Positions 19,529-29,490 of a stretch of DNA of 64,000 nucleotides are shown here, one piece after another. The notes under the pieces are model-generated. The model searched no databases. It saw nothing but the letters and a program-made list of their open reading frames with translations, and was not told the origin of the DNA. Source of the stretch: Planctomycetota bacterium (GTDB taxonomy: Bacteria; Planctomycetota; GCA-002687715; DRQF01); the NCBI GenBank assembly GCA_036479435.1, contig JAZGFI010000099.1, positions 28,569 through 92,568 of the forward strand, written 5' to 3'. The stretch's first letter is position 1; each line of letters begins with the position of its first letter. The position numbers were made by a program, and so were the translations under genes.

Positions 19529-20773
19529 ATGGCTGCCAATCAACATGATGACTTGATTTACGACTGGAATCTCCGCGAACCCGCAGAGTCAATACCGCGC
19601 AAAGTGACTTTCGACGACGAAACCCTTCGCGACGGCCTCCAAAACCCCTCGGTTCGCAACCCGGACCTCGACGAGAAACGTGCGCTCGTCCGACTGATGG
19701 ATCGCCTCGGCATCCACACGGTAAACGTCGGCCTTCCCGGCGCCGGCGATCGCCACTACGTCGATTGCTTGGCCCTGGCCCAACAAATCGTTGACGAGAA
19801 GTTGAGCATTGTGCCGAACGTGGCCTGCCGCACTTTGCTCAACGACGTCGAGCCGGTGCGGCGGATGATGGACGAGACTGGAGCTCCGGTTTTGGCCAAC
19901 TGCTTCATCGGCTCGTCGCCTATCCGTCAGTACACCGAGGGTTGGACTCTCGACAAGATTCTCAGTTACATCGACACCACTCTTCGTTGGTGCGCGGACC
20001 ACGAGGTCCCCTTTGCGCTCGTTACCGAAGACACGACGCGCTCCAAACCCGAAGACGTCGAGCGGCTCTATCGACACGCCATCGAACTCGGCGCCGAGCG
20101 GCTTGTCGTCTGCGATACCTGCGGGCACGCGACCCCCGAGGGCACCTACTCTTTGATCAAGTTTGTCCGCGAGATCGCAGACAGCAGCGGCCGCGATGTC
20201 AAGGTTGACTGGCACGGTCACCGCGACCGGGGATTGGGCGAAGCCAACTGCATCGCCGCCGTTAGGGGCGGGGCCGACCAAATTCACGGCGCCGCTCTCG
20301 GCGTCGGCGAACGCGCGGGCAATGCCGCGATGGACCTGATCTTGGTGAACTTCAAGTTGCTGGGATGGATCGACAACGATCTCACCGCTTTGGCCGAGTA
20401 CTGCGATTTTGCCGCGAAGGCGCTCAACATCGAAATCCCAAACAACTACCCCGTCTTTGGCCACGATGCCTTTTTGACCGGCACCGGCGTTCACGCCGCC
20501 GCCGTCATCAAAGCCATGCGAAAAAACGACAACTGGCTTGCGGATCGAGTCTACTCAGGGGTTCCTGCCGCCGACTTCGGTCGAAAGCAAGAAATCGGAG
20601 TCGGCCCCATGTCGGGCAAATCAAACGTGCTCTTTTTCTTGGAGCAGCGCGGCTACGATCCGAACAACGAGGCCCTAGTTGAAGCCGTCTTCGACTGCGC
20701 CAAAAAGTCCGACCATCTGCTCAGCTCCAGCGAACTCGAAGCCGCCATCGCCTCTTTTGAAGGCAAAAACTGA
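19529..20773 (+). CDS. 2-isopropylmalate synthase family (DRE-TIM) enzyme without the C-terminal regulatory domain
   Basis: DETLRDGLQ, WHGHRDRG, GERAGN, GVHAAAV, GPMSGKSN; 414 aa. Confidence 0.88.
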   Translation: MAANQHDDLIYDWNLREPAESIPRKVTFDDETLRDGLQNPSVRNPDLDEKRALVRLMDRLGIHTVNVGLPGAGDRHYVDCLALAQQIVDEKLSIVPNVACRTLLNDVEPVRRMMDETGAPVLANCFIGSSPIRQYTEGWTLDKILSYIDTTLRWCADHEVPFALVTEDTTRSKPEDVERLYRHAIELGAERLVVCDTCGHATPEGTYSLIKFVREIADSSGRDVKVDWHGHRDRGLGEANCIAAVRGGADQIHGAALGVGERAGNAAMDLILVNFKLLGWIDNDLTALAEYCDFAAKALNIEIPNNYPVFGHDAFLTGTGVHAAAVIKAMRKNDNWLADRVYSGVPAADFGRKQEIGVGPMSGKSNVLFFLEQRGYDPNNEALVEAVFDCAKKSDHLLSSSELEAAIASFEGKN

Positions 20774-20886
20774 GCGGAGCTAACCCTAGATAACGAGAGT
20801 TCAGTGCAGCGAGCCGCCGCTTCATTGAGCAATTTGGCGTGTAGCAACATCGAAAGGGTGGAACCGGTCTCACCCGATCTCGAAGA

Positions 20887-21375
20887 CTAGCTGCGGCGCT
20901 TGTTCTTGTTTGAAGAACGTCGCGCGCCCGACTGAGTGACACTCGCCATGATCCGAGTTTTTTCAATTCTCTCAGTGCTCTTCGTTTTGTTCACACCTAG
21001 AAATGCAAGGGTAATGGCGATGAACCCCCCGCTGCTCAAAAGTCCGCCCTCAAGATTCTTACCCTCAGAGAGGAGGTAAGTCGAGCAGCCGAGAAGTGCG
21101 AGCACAAAAACCAAGCCTGAGACCAAGCCAACGCGGGTCTTGAAAGTCTCGTTTGCAACAGCCTGCTTTTCAATTTCTTGTCGGTGATCGGATTGTTTCT
21201 CCACCATTCGAAAAGCACGGTCTGCTCCATTTGGAACGACTTCACCGAGCTTCTCAAATTCAAACGATGGTGGAAACGGCGATGTGAACTCTAAGTCAAC
21301 GCGGCTTTCGTGATGAACAGTATGCGAAACCTTCTGTTGGTCAGATTTGCGATTTGTGGGGTTCTTGTCGGGCAT
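20887..21375 (-). CDS. DUF2335-like membrane protein
   Basis: SPFPPS..FEKLGEVVPNGADRAFRMVEKQSDHRQEIE followed by two TM helices. Confidence 0.8.
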   Translation of the reverse strand: MPDKNPTNRKSDQQKVSHTVHHESRVDLEFTSPFPPSFEFEKLGEVVPNGADRAFRMVEKQSDHRQEIEKQAVANETFKTRVGLVSGLVFVLALLGCSTYLLSEGKNLEGGLLSSGGFIAITLAFLGVNKTKSTERIEKTRIMASVTQSGARRSSNKNKRRS

Positions 21376-21397
21376 CCAAGTGATGTTCGGGGATGGA

Positions 21398-21643
21398 TTA
21401 TTCTGTCGTCGCTTCGCGTGTTTTCGCCGACTCAGGTCGCATCTCCATTGCGGCTTGTTTCAAGCCATCCAAAAAGTCGCGACCGACCATCTCGCAATCC
21501 ATTCTTAAAGCAACAAAGTCAGCTTGACTTCCACTCGGTGAGGTGACGTACTCTTCCGCAGAACCTGTTATGTCGATAACGCTGCTGAATCCGTCCCAAA
21601 ACCCCGAGTGCGCCGTCAGAAAAAAACTCTCGGGTTCATTCAT
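21398..21643 (-). CDS. Small hypothetical protein upstream of the DUF2335 gene
   Basis: 81 aa; AAGGAG Shine-Dalgarno; FWDGFSSVIDITG...ADFVALRMDCEMVGRDF. Confidence 0.7.
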   Translation of the reverse strand: MNEPESFFLTAHSGFWDGFSSVIDITGSAEEYVTSPSGSQADFVALRMDCEMVGRDFLDGLKQAAMEMRPESAKTREATTE

Positions 21644-21944
21644 GATTTGACTCCTTTGGTCAACATAGACCTAAGAATATGTACGGTTGCCGCAGGAGTC
21701 AACCTTGAGAGAATTGTCGACATTTCTAAACCTTTTCAAAACAAAGCTTTAGACACGAGCGATCGGCCCCGGACGGACGTCTTTGTGCTTGCACCTGAAC
21801 AAGAAGTCACCGAAATGGTCTAAACAGCCAAGACCGGAACTCTCTCACCGTAGTGAAAGACGAGCGGCTTGCTGCTTAGGTACGTTAAAACCAACTCAAA
21901 ACTCTTGGCTGAGCTAAAGATCTCTGACAATCCGATCCCAGCCG

Positions 21945-22007
21945 AGATAGCGGGTTTGGCGATCAGCGGTCGTGCGCAGCGCGATCCGCTGCATTGCCGT
22001 GTTAGGC
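21945..22007 (-). other. attC site (59-base element) of an integron gene cassette
   Basis: Minus strand GCCTAAC (R'') ACGGC A ATGCAGCGG...CCGCTGAT (L''/L' with one extra base) CGCCAAACCC G|CTATCT; R'' overlaps the FRG stop TAA. Confidence 0.8.
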
Positions 22008-22879
22008 ACCAACCTGCTGAATCGCACCAACTGCAGCTGCCCCCGCGGGTGCCCTAAGAAGTAGTTCGCCATAGCCATAGTCGTAGGTAGCCGGAGGGAA
22101 GAGTGAATGGACGCTTGTCAGCCCGCCGGAGCCGAGCCAAAGAAGCGCGTCGAACAGCGACACTCGGATAACACCGACGATCAAGTCTGAGTAGTCCATG
22201 CGTGTGTGGTCGTTGTGCCTCGCGCGTCGCACCAAGAGGCCGTGTTGCGCATGTGGCCGCACGAAATGTGATGGCGCCGCTACCCGAAGATCGACGAGTT
22301 CGGTATCGCCACCACTCCAGAAACCGGGCCGTTCGCGTTTTTGCGTCGAAGCTGGAACGTTGAGCATGACGACATAGACGAACTCCTTGTTTGACCGCAC
22401 AGCGCGCTGCTCAAAGTGGAGAAACTGAGCTGTTGGGCCTGAGCAGCGAGCCTTGTAGCAACCGAACCACAATGCCACCCAGATGTTGTCGACTAGGTCG
22501 AGCCATCGTGTGCGCACACCGTAGTGCTGAAGCAGTGGCTCGCGAACGTCCGGCCCGACCGCCCTGAGGACGGCTTTGTCATCGGCGATTCTCGCGAGGT
22601 AATCGCCGATGGCCTTGTCGGCGGTTTCTTTCGAGCTCTGAGTGGTGAGTTCACGGTATAGCGTTGGCGTTAGAGAATCGAACAGCTCTACCTGACCGCG
22701 GAATGCAACTACGCACTGAGCGGTCTTGGCGAGGGTATGTTTGAGATACCCGGCTGCCTGCATTAGTAGGTGCGAGTTCGTTACATGATAAACGTAGCTT
22801 CCGGATGCCTCGTCGAGGACGAAGTCGCCGTAGGGCGAGTTGAGTCTCGATAGAAGAGAGTCCATCCTTGCGTGCCCAA
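21951..22879 (-). mobile_element. Solitary integron gene cassette carrying the FRG gene
   Basis: Begins G|TTGGGC (GTTRRRY) at 22880-22874 with the ATG 15 nt after the G, and ends in attC; no integrase in the window. Confidence 0.75.
22002..22865 (-). CDS. FRG domain protein
   Basis: AFRGQ, LTPTLYR, LLQHYGVRTRWLDLVDNIWVALWF, RPHAQHGL. Confidence 0.9.
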   Translation of the reverse strand: MDSLLSRLNSPYGDFVLDEASGSYVYHVTNSHLLMQAAGYLKHTLAKTAQCVVAFRGQVELFDSLTPTLYRELTTQSSKETADKAIGDYLARIADDKAVLRAVGPDVREPLLQHYGVRTRWLDLVDNIWVALWFGCYKARCSGPTAQFLHFEQRAVRSNKEFVYVVMLNVPASTQKRERPGFWSGGDTELVDLRVAAPSHFVRPHAQHGLLVRRARHNDHTRMDYSDLIVGVIRVSLFDALLWLGSGGLTSVHSLFPPATYDYGYGELLLRAPAGAAAVGAIQQVGA

Positions 22880-24925
22880 CTACTGCTTGACTAGCTCTGG
22901 GTTGCGGAAGCGAGCTTTTTCGCTGAGGGGGTCCGGCGACTCCAAAAGCCCGCGGTCGATCATCAGGTCGATGCGCTCCCGGATGTCGGTGGGAGCGTCG
23001 GGCTCTGCCATGAGGCCCGCGACCAACTTGCCCTCGCTTCCGACGCGCTCTAAGACTGCAACGTCAATTTCGTCTAACAAGTAGTCGCGTTGGCTTTCAG
23101 CGACGTATCCGAAACGCTGCATTTGACCTTGGCTATCTTCGTAGACCAAGATGTTGTTTTCGCGTCCAAGACGCACGACGCGATCTGGCACGGGCGGTTC
23201 GTCCGTTGAGGTCGGACCGACCTGGGCCACAGCTCGCAGTTGGTAGAGCCGCTCGGGATAGCGAGCGCCGTAGAGCAGGCTCGCCCCGCAAGTGGTTAGT
23301 TCGATGTCGGACCGAACGTGATAGGCCGTATGCTGGCGGTCGGTGTCCCAATCAGAACCATCTAGTTGTTTCACCGTGGAAAAACCATGCTCGCCGGTCA
23401 CGACTTCGACACCGAAGTCCTCTGGCCGGTGAAACACGGGGACGTCGTGATCGAGGCAAAAGGTCCCGGTGTAGAGCGACAAGTGCATCGACTCTGGATG
23501 GCGGCGCCAAAAACGCCAGGACTCGCGGGCATCGTCTTCGCGCTCAGTCGGAAACCCGATAAACCAAGTTCCGCACATCGTGATGCCGAAGTCGCGCAGA
23601 TGTTCGAGGATGATCTCGATCTTTTGGAGATCATTCCCCTTCTTCATGCTGTCGAGTACCCGCTGTACGCCGGACTCGAACCCGAACTGCAACTGAGCGC
23701 ATCCACCTTTTGAGAGTTTTTCGACGTAGATGCGGTTGGTGTAGATCTTTTCGAACTTGACCTCGGCGTACCAATGAAAGTCAAGATTGTCGCGGGCCAC
23801 CTGTTTCGCGACGTACTCAAGCGTTACCGGCGGCGTCAGCGGGTCGAAGAAATGCAAGAATTTGACGCCCTGCTCTTCCACGAGCTGCTCGACGTCGTCG
23901 TACACGCGCTGGGGTGACCGCTTGCGAAAACCAACCCGGAAACTCTCGGGGCAGAAAGTACACTTGCCGTAGTAGCAGCCCCGCGAAGTCGTGTAGATGC
24001 CGGCTTTTTCGGGAAGCAGGTAGTGCGAAAAATCCACCTCGGCGTAGTCCGGAGTCGGGCTCTCGTCGAGGTTGACGTTCTTGAACTTTACCGGGCGAAG
24101 CACCTCACCGGATTCGTCGCGACGCCAAAGCGCATCGACCTCATCAAAACTCTTTTTGCCTTCGACGGCGGTGACGATGTCAACGACCGCCTCTTCACCG
24201 TCGCCAACGATGGCGTAGTCGATGTAGTCGTAAAATCGCGGGTCGGTGAGAACTTTCTCGGCGCAATCCGAAATGCCCGTGCCGCCGATGACGAACTTCA
24301 GAGTTGGCATTTCACGGCGCAGCATCCTAGCCATGAACATTGCCGGCGCCACTTGAATGGAGAAGGGGCAAGACATCGCGATGACGTCCGGCTCGAGCTT
24401 GTGCATCGCCGGAATGAAGTTCTTGGCGTAGTAATCGTAGTAGGGGTCGACGGCTTCGCTTTCTAGCCAAGGAAATAGATCCGCCATGTAGTCTTTGTGG
24501 CGCGGATCGAGGCGAGGCGTCAGGGCATTCAAGAACTTGTGCGTCGTCTTAACGACGCGGTCCATGTGGCGGTATTGCTTGGGATCGTAGAAACGTTCCG
24601 GGTCTCTTAGGCCGCTGCAGGCGCTCGTGGTTTCGTCCAACAGATCGCGGCGGTAAAGGCGCAATCTGCGGTAGGAATCGAGGCGCAGTTTCTCCGCGTT
24701 CGTGGGATCGGACTTGCCTTCGAGCTCGGCGATCATCGCGTCATAGGTTGCGAGATAGCGCTGAAGGTTTTTTTCCTCGGTGAGATAGCTGAACGAAGCC
24801 GCATTGAGATCGTGAATAGAGGTTTTATAGCCGCCTCTTTTCAAGCAGGCGTTGAAGAGCGGCAGGGCTCCGAAAACCATCGTGGGACGAGTAAAGTCCG
24901 GTGGGTAGACCAAGGCAACACGCAC
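22880..24925 (-). CDS. Cobalamin-binding (class B) radical SAM protein
   Basis: N-terminal LVYPP...DLN B12-binding domain; VGDGEEA; SRGCYYGKCTFC; FGFESG; FIGFPTE; GTG start. Confidence 0.9.
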   Translation of the reverse strand: MRVALVYPPDFTRPTMVFGALPLFNACLKRGGYKTSIHDLNAASFSYLTEEKNLQRYLATYDAMIAELEGKSDPTNAEKLRLDSYRRLRLYRRDLLDETTSACSGLRDPERFYDPKQYRHMDRVVKTTHKFLNALTPRLDPRHKDYMADLFPWLESEAVDPYYDYYAKNFIPAMHKLEPDVIAMSCPFSIQVAPAMFMARMLRREMPTLKFVIGGTGISDCAEKVLTDPRFYDYIDYAIVGDGEEAVVDIVTAVEGKKSFDEVDALWRRDESGEVLRPVKFKNVNLDESPTPDYAEVDFSHYLLPEKAGIYTTSRGCYYGKCTFCPESFRVGFRKRSPQRVYDDVEQLVEEQGVKFLHFFDPLTPPVTLEYVAKQVARDNLDFHWYAEVKFEKIYTNRIYVEKLSKGGCAQLQFGFESGVQRVLDSMKKGNDLQKIEIILEHLRDFGITMCGTWFIGFPTEREDDARESWRFWRRHPESMHLSLYTGTFCLDHDVPVFHRPEDFGVEVVTGEHGFSTVKQLDGSDWDTDRQHTAYHVRSDIELTTCGASLLYGARYPERLYQLRAVAQVGPTSTDEPPVPDRVVRLGRENNILVYEDSQGQMQRFGYVAESQRDYLLDEIDVAVLERVGSEGKLVAGLMAEPDAPTDIRERIDLMIDRGLLESPDPLSEKARFRNPELVKQ

Positions 24926-25208
24926 TGGATGATCCTCGAGCGAGAAAAGGGAGTTCCGAGGCGCTAAAAACTCGGGTAGCTCCGTGGATTCTAAGGGTCT
25001 TCGGCGCGACTCAGCGGCAAAAGAGCCGAACCCTGCGAAAGTGTAGGTCTCGCGGCCTTAGCCTTCAAGAAACCATCGACCGCCCCAAAGCCTAGGCTTG
25101 AGGGCGCATCTTCTCTCGCCGCGGGAACTTAACTCCAAATCCGGCCGCGGGGGCCGCGGGCAGCGAATGAGCCATCCAGCACTTCTTTTCGAGGTTTAGT
25201 CCTAAATT

Positions 25209-25907
25209 TCATTCGAAATGCAGGCTGTCGATCGCAAACTTTAGCGAACGCCAGATTTCGATTTTTCCGGGCTCCTGGGGACTGATTTGGACCCGAAGGA
25301 TGGTCGCCGTGGCTCCCGAAAGTTCAGTATCGACGACAACATGAAGCCTTAACTCGTCTCCAGATCCAAAGGCATCGTAGGTTTTCACCAACCCTGAGTA
25401 ATGCGCGCCGTCATTGCGGCGGATGAGCACGTCGGCCGGATCGGCCGGGAGATCAAAAGCTTTGCCTTGGCCCACCGCGCCGATAAGTCCGTCAAAGTAC
25501 AGTTCGAAGATTTCCTTGAGTCGTTTGGAATCTAGGTCGGACTCCTCGATCTCCATCAAAAAGACATAGGACCAGAAATCTTCCGCGTCTGGCTTACGCC
25601 ACCCGGGTGCGAAGAGCAGAGTTTCGCGGCCCTTAGGCATTTTCGGCGCGAAGCCAGGTGGTAACTTGATCACTTCGGGAGTCCATGTCGAAAGATCTAC
25701 CCTAAATTTCTCCTCGGCTGGCGCCGCGACCTCCGTCTTAGAGTCGCAACTGAAGAGAACAGCCAAAACCGACAAATAAACCGCGAAGAACATGGCCGTT
25801 CGCCCTGGCTGACGTGGAGCTTTCTTCCTTGAATCGGATTGCGTTTGAACTCGAGAGTTTGGCGCAGTGGAGCCTGGGCCCGCCAAGTTCGGTGACTGAA
25901 ATGTCAT
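25209..25907 (-). CDS. Hypothetical lipoprotein
   Basis: Lipobox-like VLFSC; TAATG coupling with the upstream stop; alternative start at 25793. Confidence 0.65.
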   Translation of the reverse strand: MTFQSPNLAGPGSTAPNSRVQTQSDSRKKAPRQPGRTAMFFAVYLSVLAVLFSCDSKTEVAAPAEEKFRVDLSTWTPEVIKLPPGFAPKMPKGRETLLFAPGWRKPDAEDFWSYVFLMEIEESDLDSKRLKEIFELYFDGLIGAVGQGKAFDLPADPADVLIRRNDGAHYSGLVKTYDAFGSGDELRLHVVVDTELSGATATILRVQISPQEPGKIEIWRSLKFAIDSLHFE

Positions 25908-28549
25908 TAGTTTGTCTCGACCATGCGAACAGAAGTCCAGTCATCTATAGATTGCCGGCTTTTGGGGCGCGTCTGCAAGACCGATCTACCGACCGGTATC
26001 CGTGCCCTTAGAAACCTCTTTTTATCCACCGGAACGGTGGTTAGTTCGCGGTTAGATTTTTCGTCCAAGCCACGAACAAAGCGAGCTTGTATCGATTCAT
26101 CCTCAAGGTGTTCCTGCACGGAGGCGGTAGACATCGTCTTTTGCCAGTAGAGTTGCGGGCCCTTCAATAGAATCTCTCGCCACACTTCGCACCTTGCGCC
26201 TCCGGGCAGAGGGCCAACAAATCGCAGGCGGGCGCGGCCGGGACGAGCGGTCAAGACGAACTGCCCTTGCCGATCGACTTTCTTGGCTGGTCTTGCCGTG
26301 GCACCCCGGTCGTGCGGCGGGCGCACAACCTTGACGGTCCAACCTGGCAGTGGTGGAGCACCGTCGATCATCCATTGTCCCTTGACCTTGACATCAACCA
26401 GATCTCGCATGTCGATATCGAGTTTGAGTGTTTTGCGGTCAACGACGAAGGCGTTCCATCGAGGATCCATATCTTCGGGGTGCCTGGAGATCGACAACAA
26501 CTCCTTTCGTCATCTCGATCTTGACATCGTAGACTTGCTCATCGGCTTGCACCTGAAAGGTGATTTCAGCGCTTGCGAGACCCTCGAATCTCGCGACGAC
26601 GCCGACGGTGGTCCAGCTCTTTTTTATTGGCGATTCGAATCGCCCGTCCGAATCTGTTTTAACGGTGGTCACCCCGCTTGGATAGCGATTAGCGAACCCT
26701 CCCGTCATGGCTACAAAACTAGTGTGTCGGCGCATAACCGCCACCGTCGCTCCTTCGACCGGCTTGCCGTAGGCAAGGACACGTCCCTGAACCTCGGCGC
26801 CACGCGGCAGCCTGATGGTGAGGGACTCGGGCGCTGAGTCGTAATCGAAGGGCCCCAGAGTCTTGGAGCCGAATCCCGTTCTTCTCACCGTCACTGAGAA
26901 TCTCTGGCTCGGAATCGCAAGCTCTATTTCTCCGTCCTGATCCGTATAGGACCATTTTTCTCCGGGAGTGAGTCGCGTTGCGTCCTTGGGTGACGAATTC
27001 GCGCCGTTCAAGACAGGCATGATAAGGGTGTCGGAAACTGGCTCGCCAACTAGATCGGTGACGGTGACGGTGACAGAAATCAGCTGCCGCTGCGGCAAGC
27101 GCAGGTTGACGGTTTCACCGCGCTTTGCGACCCGAGTGGGGCTCATCCCAAAGGCTCCCTTGGAATAGCGAGCAATGAATTCCATGGGCTCATCATCTTT
27201 TGCAAGCACGACGAAGCGACTGTCCTTGTCAGTTTGAACTTGTCCGTGAGGGGGCATGCTTTCCCTAAGATAGTCCACTCGTGCATTCGCAGCCGGGACT
27301 CCATCGGGTTGCAGCACGACGCCTTCAACCCGCCGTGAGCGCGATTCCTTGGTGAGGATGACATTCCCAATATCGATACGGCTACGAGGCGTCATCGTGA
27401 AGGGCGCGGTCAGTGTCCAAGGGTGACCGCGGGTGTGACCCCAGATACGAGCGCTCGCGTCTCCCAGGACATCGACCGTAATTCCTGAAAGCTCGAAGCT
27501 TCCATCGGCGGCACTCGTCGTTCGAGGTATGGCCCCTTGGAAATTTGGACCGCTGAAACTTAGGGCATCTAAGTCCTCCGCAACAACGCTATCGCTCGCG
27601 TAGAGAACAGCTCCGGCGGCGAACAACATGTCGAAGAGTTGATCTCGGGATTTTCTCAATGACTTGTCGGCTAGCTCAAGAACGACACGACCGGCCTCGT
27701 CGCTCCGCGCGACGTTGTTGAGGCCTCTTGCACTCCCATCAGAGTGGATGGAACTTAGAGTGGCATTCGCAAGCGGCTTCATATCATCGCCAAGGATGCG
27801 GGCGCGCAACACCGTGACGTTTGAGTTAGCGCTCGCGAAAGGACTTGGAATTTCTAGTCCCGCGGCGTTAGCGAGCAGAAGGTTATCCGCCGAGCGACGG
27901 TTTGTATTTTCTTGGCCTAAGAGGGTGTTCGCGCCTCTCCGTGCTTTCGCGGCCGCGAAATCGCTGCGCGAAGCGACAGTATTCTCAGGGCCCGTGACCT
28001 TGTCATTGGCATGCTCGGCGTTGAGATAGATGGTGGCGCCTGCGGCGAAAATGATGAGTGCGGCAACGGCGGCAGCAGTGACTTTGGTAGACATTTTCAT
28101 GAGCGCGACCTCCGCGATTCGACTTGATGTGAAATGGGTGCTGGTTCCGGCCGCGGCTACAAAGGCGCTGAGAGCGCGGGGAGGGCGTCGACTCGCTTGG
28201 CGATGTCGCGATGCAGCTCGAACCTCATCAAGACTTCATCACTGGAACTTGAACTCAAGCCGGCAGTCGATCTCGAACTCGAACTCACCTGCGCCTCGCG
28301 GGCTTGTCGCCTCACATCGCTCCGAACCCGGTGGCGCGCAAGCCTGCTTGCGACTTTCGCCAGCCAGGGGCGCAAGCTGCCTTTAGTGTCGGGTTGCCTT
28401 TCCAGCGCGAGGGCAAGGGTGCTCTGGGCGATGTCTTCGGCGGCTGCCCAGTCCCGCGTCAAGCGCTTGGCAAGTTGAAGGACCCACCCTGATTCCGCAA
28501 GAAGTGCATCAAGTTGCGGGTTGTGCGGAGATTTTTTCTGAGTGCTCAT
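25907..28549 (-). pseudogene. Fragmented ECF sigma factor fused to a TM helix and carboxypeptidase-regulatory-like beta-sandwich repeats
   Basis: 28157-28549 encodes sigma region 2 (AEDIAQ, LRPWLAKVA) and ends at VDALPA with no region 4; 26439-28100 encodes TM plus GxVxxxxGxP...TDxDGRF repeats; 25907-26500 is the tail; frames change at both junctions. Confidence 0.75.
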
Positions 28550-28659
28550 ACAGGCATTCTCCCGCGGTACTCAAGAGCGTTGCAACAATTGCGATTTTGC
28601 TTCGCAAAACCCCTGTTCCCCCCGGGTGACCTCCGAGGTTTTCTTAGCGATCAAGGGCA

Positions 28660-29490
28660 TCAGCGGTTGCGATTCATCCGGTCTCGCAATCGGTTTCTTG
28701 CTTTCATTCTTCCCGCTCGGTGCAACAAGAATAGCCTTCTTTCGTCGAGCCCTCGCATTGAGGGCTGGTCATCAGGGCCAGCTTCAACCGCTAAAAGTGA
28801 AGTGCTCGCAGCATCATGCAAGCCTCCAGACATCGCCAAAAAAACCTGGGCGAGTGACCGTGCCGAGAGCTCACTAACCGTTTGCTTGAGAATCCGAAGT
28901 CGCCTGCGGTACTCCTGTGTTTCTGTTTCACTAAGTACCTGGATCAAGCTCTCGACCTTTGTCCCGTTGTTGCTTGTCGCGACCAGCCGGTATTGCGTTC
29001 CCGGATCCAAAGCCAGATCCGCTGTGAAACGCTGCCCGGAGCGGAATTGAAAGATCTCATTTTCCGCGCCTAAGGGGCGGGGGCTGATCTTGAGGGTCAC
29101 CGGCGAGGCCATTCCCATCACTTCAAAAACGGGTCGACCTGGCACCACCAGGCCGCGCGGCCTGACGATTCCCGGGGGCGATGTGGCGAGATTCAACCCG
29201 GGTTCTTCACCTCGCAAGATCGTCTTTACGACGCCTCGCCAGGGCTCGTTTTCACGGGGCATGATCTCGGACAGCTCCTGCGCAAGGCGGCCCTGCCCCA
29301 ACAGCGATTCGCGGAAGGCGACCAAGGCCGAAGGACCTTTCTGCGCCAAGGCTCGATAGGAACGAGAGGCGTCGAGGACCGCGGGCGCTGCGAGTTCCGG
29401 GCGGCCATCTCCATCGACTCGACCATGGGCCCAAATCAAAAAAGCGTAGATCGCCGAGATGCCAAGCATCCAAAAAAAGGTGCGCGTCAA
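28660..29490 (-). CDS. Membrane-anchored hypothetical protein
   Basis: N-terminal TM; 4-nt overlap with the M20 gene. Confidence 0.6.
   Translation of the reverse strand: MTRTFFWMLGISAIYAFLIWAHGRVDGDGRPELAAPAVLDASRSYRALAQKGPSALVAFRESLLGQGRLAQELSEIMPRENEPWRGVVKTILRGEEPGLNLATSPPGIVRPRGLVVPGRPVFEVMGMASPVTLKISPRPLGAENEIFQFRSGQRFTADLALDPGTQYRLVATSNNGTKVESLIQVLSETETQEYRRRLRILKQTVSELSARSLAQVFLAMSGGLHDAASTSLLAVEAGPDDQPSMRGLDERRLFLLHRAGRMKARNRLRDRMNRNR

Noticed and set aside
20780..20850. TAAC-containing segment after the LeuA-like gene as a possible second attC
   Set aside because: No convincing L''/L' pairing or GTTRRRY at the right spacing.
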